Shown here one piece after another: positions 40,306 through 51,602 of a stretch of DNA of 64,000 nucleotides. Source of the DNA: Paragordius varius (lineage: Eukaryota > Animalia > Nematomorpha); assembly GCA_964247055.1 (NCBI GenBank), contig OZ176053.1, positions 4,526,001-4,590,000 on the forward strand. The letters run 5' to 3'. Under the pieces are notes generated by a model, which saw only the letters and a list, made by a program, of their open reading frames with translations, was not told the DNA's origin and made no database searches. Position 1 is the first letter of the stretch. Every line of letters starts with the position of its first letter. The translations under genes and the position numbers were made by a program.

Positions 40306-40554
40306 TTGAAATTATACGGACAAAAGGTAAAATTATAAAGACAAATATTTTTTTTTCTAAAAGACAGCCATACTTTTTAAATCTAGATTTATATCAATAT
40401 AACTCATTGTTTAAATTGGCAAAGGTTAAATAAATCAATTTTATAATTTACGAATGTAATTAATAGCTTATATGTGAAAAAGGTTGAAAAATATGGTTGT
40501 CTTTTATAAAAAATATTCTTCTTAGTATGTTTACGTTTTGTCCGTATAATTCAA
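40306..40554. mobile_element. MITE family A copy just 3' of SUCLG2
   Basis: TTGAAATTATACGGAC left end, GTCCGTATAATTCAA right end. Confidence 0.75.
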
Positions 40555-40885
40555 TTTTTACTGTAATTAGCGAATCATGATTGTTAAAATATGACGATAT
40601 AATTATTGATGCATGCTTGATAAAAGCATTAAACCATGCAATAATTTTAAGCCCTCTCCAGGGTTAGCGGCATAAATTTGATTAAAATATAAACTAATTT
40701 TGGTTTTCCTCACATATTAATTGAAGCTTGAGGCCATTTTTTAACAATTCAGCAATTATATCCTCGTTAATTATTAAATATACCTAGCGAAAATTTAATA
40801 ATAAATATGCCGATATCAAATATTTTATAACTTTCAAGTTGTTTAGATATGTACAATGTTCACAAAAAAATAAGATGTTGAAATA

Positions 40886-40917
<32 letters not shown>

Positions 40918-40920
40918 GAT

Positions 40921-41350
40921 ATTCTGATAGGAAAATGTATCAAGGCCATCATGGTGCTTTTGGTTTTGGCCCTTACGGGTGATTTAAGAAAGTTGTAACA
41001 CTTTTGTGGTAAATGCTTCATATCAGAAAATGGCAAAATTTGGGCACATCTTTAGAATTAAATTTTTGGTGAAAACTAAATGCTTCATTCCAAAAATATC
41101 ACTAAAATATATTATAACTACTTGTGAAAAGCAAAACAAAATTTTTATAATATTTTAATTTTTAGATGTGGGCTCAAAAACTTCTAAATTTTTTGCTCTT
41201 TTAAAATGGGCCTAGCGCAAAAATGCCAATAGGGAGCGAAAATTTTAAATATTTACTATATTTTGACATAAAAAAATATTTTTGAAAAATTCATACTTAA
41301 AAAAAATGAAGCGTTTTTCATGCTATTTTAAAGCATGATGGAAACGGTGT
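40921..41350 (+). repeat. Dispersed repeat family with TTCTGATAG terminus, next to a (TA)n tract
   Basis: Homologous segments at ~47790-47950 (-), ~52680-52930 (+), ~53400-53515 (-), ~53930-54030 (-) and ~59330-59560 (-). Confidence 0.6.
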
Positions 41351-42352
41351 AAAAACGATTTAAAATATTTTAAAAACATTTTTTTTATATAATTTAATGA
41401 ATGATATTAATTTCTATAACCTCAAAATTTGATTAAAATATTCGCTTGTCTTCAAGATTATATATTATGTTTTTCTGCAAAAATTCAGCCAACTTAAAAG
41501 TAAACGTACCTTAAATTTTTATCAATTCGAATCGGCCGCGCCCTCACGTTTTTCGGAAAAATGGTTCCAAGCCAATAATTGTGTATCCTAATTTCAAAGA
41601 TGGGTCCCAACAGTGGGCCAAATATTGCTTCAAGATCACTATATCTTTTTAAATATTATTTTTTAACACGTGGGCTCTCGTGGACTAATTTAAAAAATGG
41701 CTCAATTTTTTGAATTCGAATGAACCAAAATTGATTTTAATATTTAAAAAAAAATCTACTAGGTGGCGAAACTAAGTTAAAAACAAATGCCCTAGTGGCC
41801 TTATAATTTTATATTACACTTAAAAAATATCCACCCTTGAATTTGAATGTGCTTACTTATTTTTCGGGGTAATATTAGTTTATATAATTCAGAAAACGGC
41901 TCGGTCACCTCGGCACATTTATAAATAAAAAAATTTCCGCTTTGAAATTAAAATTAGCCTATACATTTTCCCGAAATTCGTTTAAAAGCCCTTTTTCTTG
42001 TTTATAAATATGGAGATTGTCTGTTTTGGAAAAAAATATAAAATATTTTCGACAATAACTTTTATATAAATATTTAAGGGGCTAATATGGACACTTTTGA
42101 ATCAAATCTGTAATACTCCATGCAATCCTTCTGCAGTAAAAACGAAAAATAAAATATTTTACATCTTAAGGTATTTTATTGTTAAAGCGCACATTATTCC
42201 AAAATAATTTCTTTAATCCAAAAAAATTATTAACATTTATAATAAGTAATTGCCGAAAGTCTCAAATTTTTCTGCACCTCTAGAAATAGCTTTATTTCTA
42301 AAAATAAGCCAACAAATGCTAAATGTCCAACAATTTCTAATATATGCTAAAT

Positions 42353-42632
42353 CAGGGGTGCTCAACACGCGACCTTTCAAAATATTTCTGCAGCCCGCTA
42401 GAAATTTCAAATACAAATTTACTAAATTTAAGTAAAGTTGATTTTCTTTAACAATTATTTGAATAAATTTTCCCGAAGTTCGGCCATGAACTAGCAATGT
42501 TGAAATATATGATAGATAGTTTTTAGAATAATAAAATGTTTGTTAATGCCCGTATATTTATGCGGCCTGCAAGATTTTTTGATCCGAAAATGCGATCCGC
42601 GAAGCCATTTGTGTTGGACATTTTTGGGCTAG
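42353..42632. mobile_element. hAT-like MITE (CAGGGGTGCTCAAC end)
   Basis: The left end resembles hAT/Charlie-type termini. The right end GTTGGACATTTTTG is degenerate. Related to 56275-56425. Confidence 0.5.
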
Positions 42633-43193
42633 ATTATGGCATCAAAAAAACATTTATGGAAAATGGCTTAAAATTTGATTACCAAAATTTAGATAAACCG
42701 TATATTATGGTATTTAGAAGCATAGTGGAAACTGTATAAAAATATTTAGCCACATATTATTTGTTTACTTAAAGAAAAATATTTACAAACGAGAAAAGTT
42801 TGGAAATGTCCGAATTTGGAAAAGTCCCATACTCAAAAACGAGCTCGATAAGTAAAAAATTTTTTTCACAGATCTGAGCCCAACACCATAAAGAATCAGA
42901 AAATTGTAAAAATTTAAGCAGAAAATTCTACAAAATTTTGTTGCACAGTGTTATTTGCATGATACAAATTATAGCGATGATAATGTATTCAAATTAGTTT
43001 ACACATATTTTTGTATTAGGATGCAAATACCGTATCTATTAGTATACTTATAATTTATATGTCTTGTGCAAATACCGTCATAAACTAGCTTTAATTTATA
43101 TTTGTGTTGTTATCATACAAATTACTTTCATAGAAAATTGAATGGTTGAAATTGTTTTCATTCTCCGATTATAGTTTTTTTAAGCAACATCAA

Positions 43194-44060
43194 TTAAAAC
43201 TCTTGATAAATTATAATAATTTTGAAGAGAACTTGTTTTTTTTCGTCGTACAATCTCTTAATTCTGCAATATTGTTCCCATGATGTGGTGCATTTAGGTT
43301 TTTTTTCATAATGAAATTTTAATTCGTGAAAAAAACATTCACTAGGATTGAGTTGGGGCGAATAAGGTGGTAAATATATAAGCTTGTTTCTTAAATTATC
43401 CAAAATAGAATATTTATTAATGGGTGCGTTGTCGCAAATGACAAACGCATCTTGTGGTAACATGGCCAAAGACTCCTCCAAAAATGGCTTAAAAGTCTCG
43501 CCATTGAACGCTCCCTGTTTGATGCTATAATTAACAACACCCTGTATGCCAATCATACACAACTAAGAGACGTTTTACCTATAATAAAATAAAGATATAC
43601 CTTTAAAGCCTTAGGCCTGTTCTGACGGTGCCCAACCGAATATATATTTTGCTATCAATGACCCTGACTCATCTAAATAATAGATTTTGTCCAAGGGTGT
43701 ACCGTTCACAAGACAGGCATACTCAAATTGTTTCTGAATAACCAATAAGGAATTGCGCTGTTGAGGTTCCATAATAATACACCTTTTGCGCGTGTAGTTT
43801 ATTATTTTAAATATTTATATAAGTTTTGGATATTTTGCATTCTGTTGGTAACTTATTGAGATTATCATGGACAGTCAATTCACAATCACTATCGAGTATT
43901 GTTTTGACCTGCCTGACTAGACCTTCATTGCATTTCGTTTTCCCACCCTTTTTCAATGGGTCTTTCTCTATTCCCAGAGTCATGCTTCGTCTCACAGGAT
44001 TTATGGAAATTATAGACATGTCCAAATCATCTACAAAATAACGAGACGATAATTCATGAT
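43194..44060 (-). mobile_element. Decayed IS630/Tc1/mariner-type transposase pseudogene
   Basis: HTH-like region 43807-44025, YLDESG motif near 43670 in a shifted frame, and ICDNAP...LPPYSPQLNPSE catalytic segment in ORF 43194-43562. Interrupted by stops and frameshifts. Confidence 0.8.
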
Positions 44061-46663
44061 TTCTGGGATTCCCGAAAATTTTGAAGGCCTCACCCTTTTA
44101 TTAATTTGACGAAAAATGATATTCAAAAATTAACAAAAACGGTACCTTCCTTTTTCCTCTATTAATAAATTTGTCATATTTTCATTCCCGATTTCATTGA
44201 CACCTAAAGTCTAAATAAAAAAAACCATCGTTGCCAGGCACAATACAATTTTGTGTCTGTCTTATACCAGCGTCAACATATTCTGAATCTAACATTATAA
44301 ATGAAAAAAATACCCGCAATACCATCGAATCAAATTGATTATTTAATATAGTCCGTGAATATCCCTTTTATCGTTCCCATATCAAAACAAAAAAAATTAT
44401 AATTGAGATAAAAAAGACCATTTTCCCAACTTTTATACAGTAATTTTAAGTGAAGGGTTAGTTTTTAGTGTATTTTCATTTTTTACCAAAGATTTCCGAC
44501 GCCCTTCCCCCACACTTCTTTTACTTTTTTGATGAAGATGATATGGCTAATACCATAGAGCTCTTGTTTTTCCATTCTTTAACAAATATTTATACCCATT
44601 TAACAAAAAAAAGCAAATTTTTGATAAAATAAAGCATACATGACTGTAGCTCTATTTTTCTAATAAATGCAGTATCATTTTCATACACTATCTCTATGAT
44701 CTAAAGCCAAACTAATAGACTCTTAAAAGAAAAAAAAACTGCAAAATTTTAGCTAAAACGGCCTTTAAAATAGTGGGGCTAAAACTATCCCCCAAAAAAC
44801 CATCTACAAAAACACTATTTTTTGCGAAAAGATAATTTAATCAAAATGGTGCCTAACTAGCTAGATAGGGAGCTTTATTCTTCAAACCAAATATTATTTA
44901 TATAGTTTGTTATCTAGGTTATATATTTTTGCCATCCCCTCTAGTGCCTTTTAAACAATATCATTTCAAAGTTGGCCTGTATCGAAGTTTTAAACAGCAT
45001 ATATTTGCCAGTCTCATTATATGGGCACAGTTATTGAGACAATTAGAGTCTTTTTTGAAAATAAAAGCTTTTTTATCTACATTAACGTTTGATAAATTCC
45101 TTTAGACGGAATTCCTATAAATATCTAATTGATAATGAAGTGTTGAAATAAAAATAAAACAGTGCACAAAATCAGTTTTTAATTTAACTTGAAGAAATGT
45201 GTATTTTAGAAGATTATTTTTTAAATTTATAGGTAAAGAAATGTTTAAATTAAAATGATATGTTAGAAATGTTTAAATCATTCAACCATATAAATAATAC
45301 CAACTATATATCTTTAAAATATAAAATATTAACTTAAAATATCAAATACATTTTGTTTCAGCGGGCAAAAACCCTCAAAAAATTGGGTAAATTAACATTT
45401 TTTGACAATATTTTTTATTATCAAAATATAGTCAATCAAATTTTATTTTATCTTTTTGGATGTTAATAATATTGAAGATATCATTGTGAATAGCTTTTTT
45501 ACCTTTATTTTTAAAAATAAAATTCATTACACCTTTTTTGGTGTTTTTTTTATTTAAAAAGGTTAAAATTTCTGAGTTAGAGACTCTTTATTTCATCTGA
45601 TATTTTTGAATATTGCCTATATATCTGTTCAACAGTAGTAAATTTTATGCCTAAAAATATAAAAAATAATCCTAACAAAATATTTTTTTTAAATTTAAAA
45701 TGGTAAAAATATTGCACCTCAACACCGAAAAATCTAAATATATATATAAACTAATTTGAATACATAAAGTCCAATAATCTAAATATAAATAGCTCTAAAA
45801 CCCAACCGAAATATGCGACAATAATCAAAATCAAAAATTTGGTGGTTCAAAAAGCTGTTAATTTACATATAATATAGACTTATTTTTCTTTAGCTATTTT
45901 AAATTCAAAGAAAATGACAGAAAAGTTTGTGTTTGTATCATGCGCCTAAAGTGCGACAGAATGCATATATTTATTGGCCTAATGTTATAAATACTTTATA
46001 AAATATATAAATTTAAATGCCCTGCCTTAAGAAACTACCCTTAAAGGTAATCAATGTTAATATCAGAAAAAAATGGTGTAATTTGCATTAATTTAAATGT
46101 TAATACAAATATGTCATGTTGTCTGAATTTATGACTTCAGTACTCTAGATTAGTAGTTTTCTGCATCATTATGTAAATGCAATATTAAACAGTTTCAATG
46201 GACTTATTTTAATAATCTTGGATGTTAAAGCATTTTAAACGTCAACTACCCCAATTAAATCATAGACTTTCAAGACAAGATTAGTATTTAACATTTTATA
46301 CGCATATGTAGATATTAACTCAAATTAATACAAGAAATTAAATGAATGATTATGGTCATAAATACACTTTTAGAACCTTTTGCCTCTAGTGTGCCACAGT
46401 TTGAATACCAATCTTCTATAATTTAAAGGGCAAACAGCATAAAAATGATTATAAAAATTTACTGTTAATTGAATTATTAATTTTATTTACGTCCCTAGCA
46501 CATTTTGATTTTCGATTTCTCAACTTTTTAATCCAAAAAATGCCGGCAAAGTAAAAATAATTTTTACATTTTCTCATTGAAATTTGCGTGTTATGCATAT
46601 AAAATGCCAAATAAAAAAATGCCGAGATTGCGCGCTAATTTTAAATATTTGCTAAATTTCATA

Positions 46664-47226
46664 TTAACACTTCAATTTAATTTGGGGTATTTAAATACCC
46701 CATACTAAATTTGAGTTGGGATTTTTAAAAAACTACTGAATGAAACGTTCCAATTTAAAATTATGCACTATCCTAATATAAGTTATATAAATATGCTAAA
46801 ATATCTAAATAAAATTTTGTTTTGAAAAAAAAGTTCCATGTCAAACTACTTCGACGCCATTTTTATTTTACAAAATTTTTGCAAAATATCGTCTTCAATT
46901 AATTTTAAGGGTATAATTAAAGCTAATTTTTTTTATTTAAATTACATCTAACATTGATAGAAATAGAAAAAGTGGGTTATTTTGTATTATTTTCCAATTT
47001 TACCATTGCACACATGTTACGTTGACTAAATTTTTTCCTTTCGGTTTTATCTTAAAATAAGTAATATCAAGTATTTTTGAATAAAAGTTTTTATTCTCGG
47101 TTTATTAATGTTATATAAGTTCTTTCAATATTTTTTACAGAATTCAATTTCAAACAGGCTTGAGGTATTTAAATACCCCAATTTGAATCGAAGGACTAAA
47201 ATGAATGTGTTGTATCCAAGTGTTGA
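46664..47226. mobile_element. piggyBac-like non-autonomous element (same family as 26720-28395)
   Basis: TTAA|CACTT...AAGTG|TTGA. GGGGTATTTAAATACCCC at 46684 and a variant near 47162. The interior is the reverse complement of 27960-28395. Confidence 0.65.
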
Positions 47227-48048
47227 AAGAAATATTTTCTAATGATAAATATTAACATATAATTTTTAACAAATATTGTTTGAACCTTATTTCATACTAT
47301 TTTGAGGCATTAAAACGGTAAAAAATTTAAGATATAAAATTTTGCATAAATTAAATGATGTTAAACATTTCTATGGCTCCGGTTCGTTTACTTAAAAATC
47401 TTTGTTAATTTTGTAAAAATACACAATATTAATTTAATATATTTGAGGGAGACTATTTTTTTAATCATTTTGAGGTGTACAAATGTTTATGATTATATAG
47501 AATAAGTTTTTATCTTAAAGCTTTTTTTAAATATTTCCATCGAGACTCAAAACAGTAAGGAGTACGTTTCAAAAATTTTTGCTATATGTTAATTTTTAAT
47601 TCAAAAAAATATTTTTAGTTGATATGAAAGTTTAGCTTATATAAGATTTTTATCGCACACCGGCGTTTTTTTACTTATATTAAGGGTACTTGCTTATTTT
47701 AAAAAAGCAAAAAAAACGGACGTTTGAAGGCCACATCTAAAAATTAAAATATTTTTTGCTTTTTATATGCTCTTTATGATATATTATTTGTATTTTTTGG
47801 AGTGAAATCTCAAGCTTTCACCAAAAAAATTAAAAAATGTGCGCAAATTTTGCCGTTTTTCGATAAGATGAACTTGCCACAAGTGTAATCTTCAATCACT
47901 CGTTAGAAACTAAAAGCACCATAATAATCCTGGCACATTTCTATCAGAATATATATATATATATATCATCAGGTCAGTTTTCTATATCCTCCCATTTTGA
48001 CACAAAGTATAGGAATATATATAAGTCATATGTTTAATTATTTATATT

Positions 48049-48472
48049 ATGGCCGAACGCCCTGAAGATTTAAATTTACCAGCCTCCATAGTAGCTAGGA
48101 TAATCAAAGAATCTGTATCTATTAATTTATTGTAGCTGCCTGAAGGAACAAATATATCCAAAGAAGCCAGAATTGCAATTTCTAAAGCTGCTAGCGTTTT
48201 TATTCTTTATGCCTCATCAACGTATAGCTTAGTTAAATAATTTCGTAGAGCTAATGCTTATGCAACAGACGCTAAACGGAAGACTTTAACAGCAAATGAT
48301 GTTTTAAATGCTATTGAAGAAATGGGATTCGAAACTTTTATTGAACCATTGAAATTAGCTTTAGACTGTAATTACTAATTTATATACTTTAGCTTTTCGC
48401 CGTAAAAAAATCGAAAAACGAAACTCAACACCACTTGAATCAGAGATTGGTGAACCCTCTGAAGCTTCATGA
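48049..48472 (+). CDS. POLE3: DNA polymerase epsilon subunit 3 / CHRAC17 (histone fold), 116 aa
   Basis: Exons 48049-48114, 48136-48221, 48249-48367, 48393-48472 with introns of 21, 27 and 25 nt. Translation begins [57 protein letters not shown]. Absent from the ORF track. Confidence 0.95.
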
Positions 48473-48532
48473 TATTTATAAACATATATTTATTTATACA
48501 ATAATATAAAATATAAAAATAAAGAACATATA

Positions 48533-50535
48533 TTAACTTTGTCTTAATTTTGCCAATCTTTGACTAAGATCATCTTGTTCTACTGTTGAAGCTACTGCTG
48601 TTGAAGTCGCTGTTCCAATATTTGTGCTTAATTGACTGGGAAGTTCCATTTTAAGTTCGATTCTATATAAAACAAATAAATTAATTTGTGTTTTTAAAAA
48701 ATTTAAATGTAATTTAAGTAATAACTCTTAGAGACAAATTGGTTTTAAGTAAATAAATAAAACGGCAGGATTTGCTTTTTCACAGATTTTAATGCACGAA
48801 TGTTATTCTTTATTATTCATTTACACTTAACCCTTAAAAATTTCAAACCCTTGATTTCAATTTCAAACTAAAAATAAATTAATGAGTTTTTAATCATTAA
48901 AAATTACGTGTTGATATTTTTAAATAATTATTTCATTTAACATAATACATAAAAAATGATAAACTATACCATAAGGAAATATTTATCAATATTAAATAAA
49001 TTAGCTCAAAAAACATTATATTTTTAGCGTGGATTTGAAAGGTTCAAAGTTATTATGGATTTGTAGTCAGAGGTGAATTTAAAGTTTTAAGGGTAAATTT
49101 GAGGTTAAATATATTTGATTTTAAACAGGTCTGAAAACCCAATTTAAATTTTAAACAATTCATTCTATAGATGTGATATGCGTAAGGGGTTAGGCTTTTC
49201 AAAAGAAACAATTAGAGAAACAAATAAAAATTGTATAAATTTAATTTAGTTGTAATATCTTTAAGTATAACAAATTTGATATTTTTATACATAAAGTAGT
49301 TGGAAGAATTCTTTCAGGCGTCATCTTTATGTGCAACCAATAAAAAGTATATATTTACCTTAATCTGAATTGTTAACTCAGTCATGGTAATTTCGCATGA
49401 TGTAAAAAAAATACATTTTGTGGTCACTTATACCACCTCTCAAAAGAGATTTAAATTGTATTCAAAACTTCACTTTTATACATTTTATCAAGTAAAAACA
49501 ATTTGTAAAGTACCCGGCTTCGTCGGCAGCTTGAATCATTAATTTATCGATTTGTTCCTGAGGAGCTGTGATAGTTGTCGTTGATGTCATGGCATTATCC
49601 ATACATTTTGATTGCACATCTAAATCTTCGAATTCTTGTTCAAATTTGTCCATAAGGGCAGAAACTTTTTCAAGATTCATGGATTGCATAGCGGTATCCA
49701 TCGCTTTAACAACACCAGTCATTGAACCGGTTATCTTAAACATGACACATATAGAATATAAACTTAAAACTACATTTATAAGGGTAAATTCAACAAAAAT
49801 AAACAAAATAAAACTGAAAATATGAACTAATATGTGAAAAGAGTTATACTACCTATGAATAATATCTAATACTTATGGTTAAAATTATTTAATTGTTCAG
49901 CATGGTTTAAACAGGATAAGAATTGGAAAGTTTTTACTGGAACCGAAACCAATAGACGTTTTTGGGAAAAAAATATAATTTTTTAAAATCGGCTACAAAA
50001 TTCGGTTTAAAAAATGATTTTATATATGATTTCTATTCTTTAAAATTTATAAGACGGTTCACCTTTATATTTCATTTTTTTAAATTATTTAAATGGTTTT
50101 TTTTTTCATAAAAATAGCAGTTGGATACACTTTTAAAAATAATAGAGAATATAGGCTATTTGTAAATTTGTATGGAAAAATCACTAATGATAAATTAATT
50201 TTACGGTAACCGAACTTTTTTAAATTTTAAAAAATACCTTTTTCATTGCTGATGCTGTTTGAACTCGATTACTTACTGCATCAATCCTGGCACTCATTCT
50301 CAAATAATTTAAAGCTTCATTCTTTTTTCTAATAGCAGTTTCAGCGTAAATTTTAGCCCCTTCCATATTATTATTTTGTATGGCCTAACAATGACATATT
50401 AATATTACTTTTTTCAATTTGTTTTTTTGTTCAACTTCTTCTTTTTCGCATCGTCTGGCATTCCTCAACATATCTTTGGAAGCGAACTTTAAATTGAATA
50501 TATATTCTAAAATAAGTATAAAGCCTACTATCCAT
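48533..50535 (-). CDS. CHMP1: CHMP1 / Did2 (ESCRT-III associated), CHMP1B-like sequence
   Basis: Exons 50535-50529, 50506-50409, 50384-50238, 49734-49514, 48662-48533 with introns of 22, 24, 503 and 851 nt. Motifs FNLKFASK, AETAIRKKNE, MNLEKVSALMDKFE and the C-terminal MIM DDLSQRLAKLR. Confidence 0.94.
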
Positions 50536-50903
50536 CTCAACGTATGTTTATCAACCCTTCATTAACCTGATGTTAATTCATATAATAGAAATCAAATTAT
50601 CTGTACCACATACAAATATATTTCTATTTATAAAAATAATTTTCATATAATTTTATGTGCCAATGTATCATGATTTTTTCGTATTTAGGAAAAGTATTGG
50701 AATGTTATAATAAAGCAGTGGTATTAAAAAAGGGGCCGCATTCACAAGTAACAAGTAAGTGAAGCGCCGGAGAATCGTAGGAGTCCTGTCGTCAAGGCCT
50801 TCTTTACCCACTTGTAGCGCATTAGATCGGAAGATACATCAAAGGTTGGCTTTTGTTAGTATCGTTTTTATGTTTTGTTATTATAAGTTAGTGTGGTTAA
50901 TAA

Positions 50904-50945
<42 letters not shown>

Positions 50946-50948
<3 letters not shown>

Positions 50949-51602
50949 ACCATTTGCACTTCAAGAGTGTTCTTGCACACTTCAAGTTGGTCCTTGAACA
51001 TTTCAAGTTGATCCTTGAACAATTGTTGGTCCTTGAACAGTTCAAGTTGGTCCTTGAACACTTCAAGTTGGTCCTTATTGTTTTTATATTTTATCAATCA
51101 AATCCTAAATAATTCATCTATTATATTGTTTTTAACCTATTTTCTATTATTTAAGATATTAAATCGATATCAACTTTTAATCATTGAGAAACCGTATATC
51201 TTTATTAATTTCTTTAAATAATTTTGGATATTTATAAGATTTTAACACGAAATGAAAAAATATATAGGTTTTCTGGGTTATTAATTAAAATTTTTCATTA
51301 AAAATATTTAAAAGTCAATAATTTTATTCAATTGAAAAAAAAAAGTTTGAAACAAAAAAGTGGTTTTTCAATAAATTTTATTTTTAAATGAATAAATATA
51401 TAATAAAGAAAGAAAATTAGGTTAATAAATAATAAAAAATTAAAAAATAAATGCAAAAATTATGGTTTAAATCAAAATTTATAAATTTTAAGGACCAACT
51501 TGAAGTGTTCAAGGACCAATTGGAACTGTTCAATAACCAACTTGAACTGTTCAAGGACCAACTTGAAGTGTTCAAGGACACTCTTGAAGTGCAAATGGTA
51601 TA
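50946..51602. mobile_element. Foldback-type element with arms made of a 21-bp minisatellite
   Basis: Inverted arms TATACCATTTGCACTTCAAGAGTG ... CACTCTTGAAGTGCAAATGGTATA, each with several CTTCAAGTTGGTCCTTGAACA units. AT-rich loop. Abuts (TA)n/(TGTA)n at 50908-50946. Confidence 0.75.

Noticed and set aside
20069-50535. ESCRT gene cluster (TSG101 and CHMP1)
   Set aside because: They are 23 kb apart and separated by unrelated genes, so chance is sufficient.
50755-50870. snRNA or adapter contamination (contains TCTTCCGATCT on the minus strand)
   Set aside because: No resemblance to U6 or U6atac by eye, and the 11-nt adapter-like match does not extend.
50957-51075. CRISPR-like array
   Set aside because: The units are contiguous with no unique spacers, and the context is eukaryotic.
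50881-51221. ORFs with KDQLEVF or LEHFKLV heptad repeats as a coiled-coil protein
   Set aside because: They are translations of the 21-bp minisatellite and a (TA)n tract in the foldback element.
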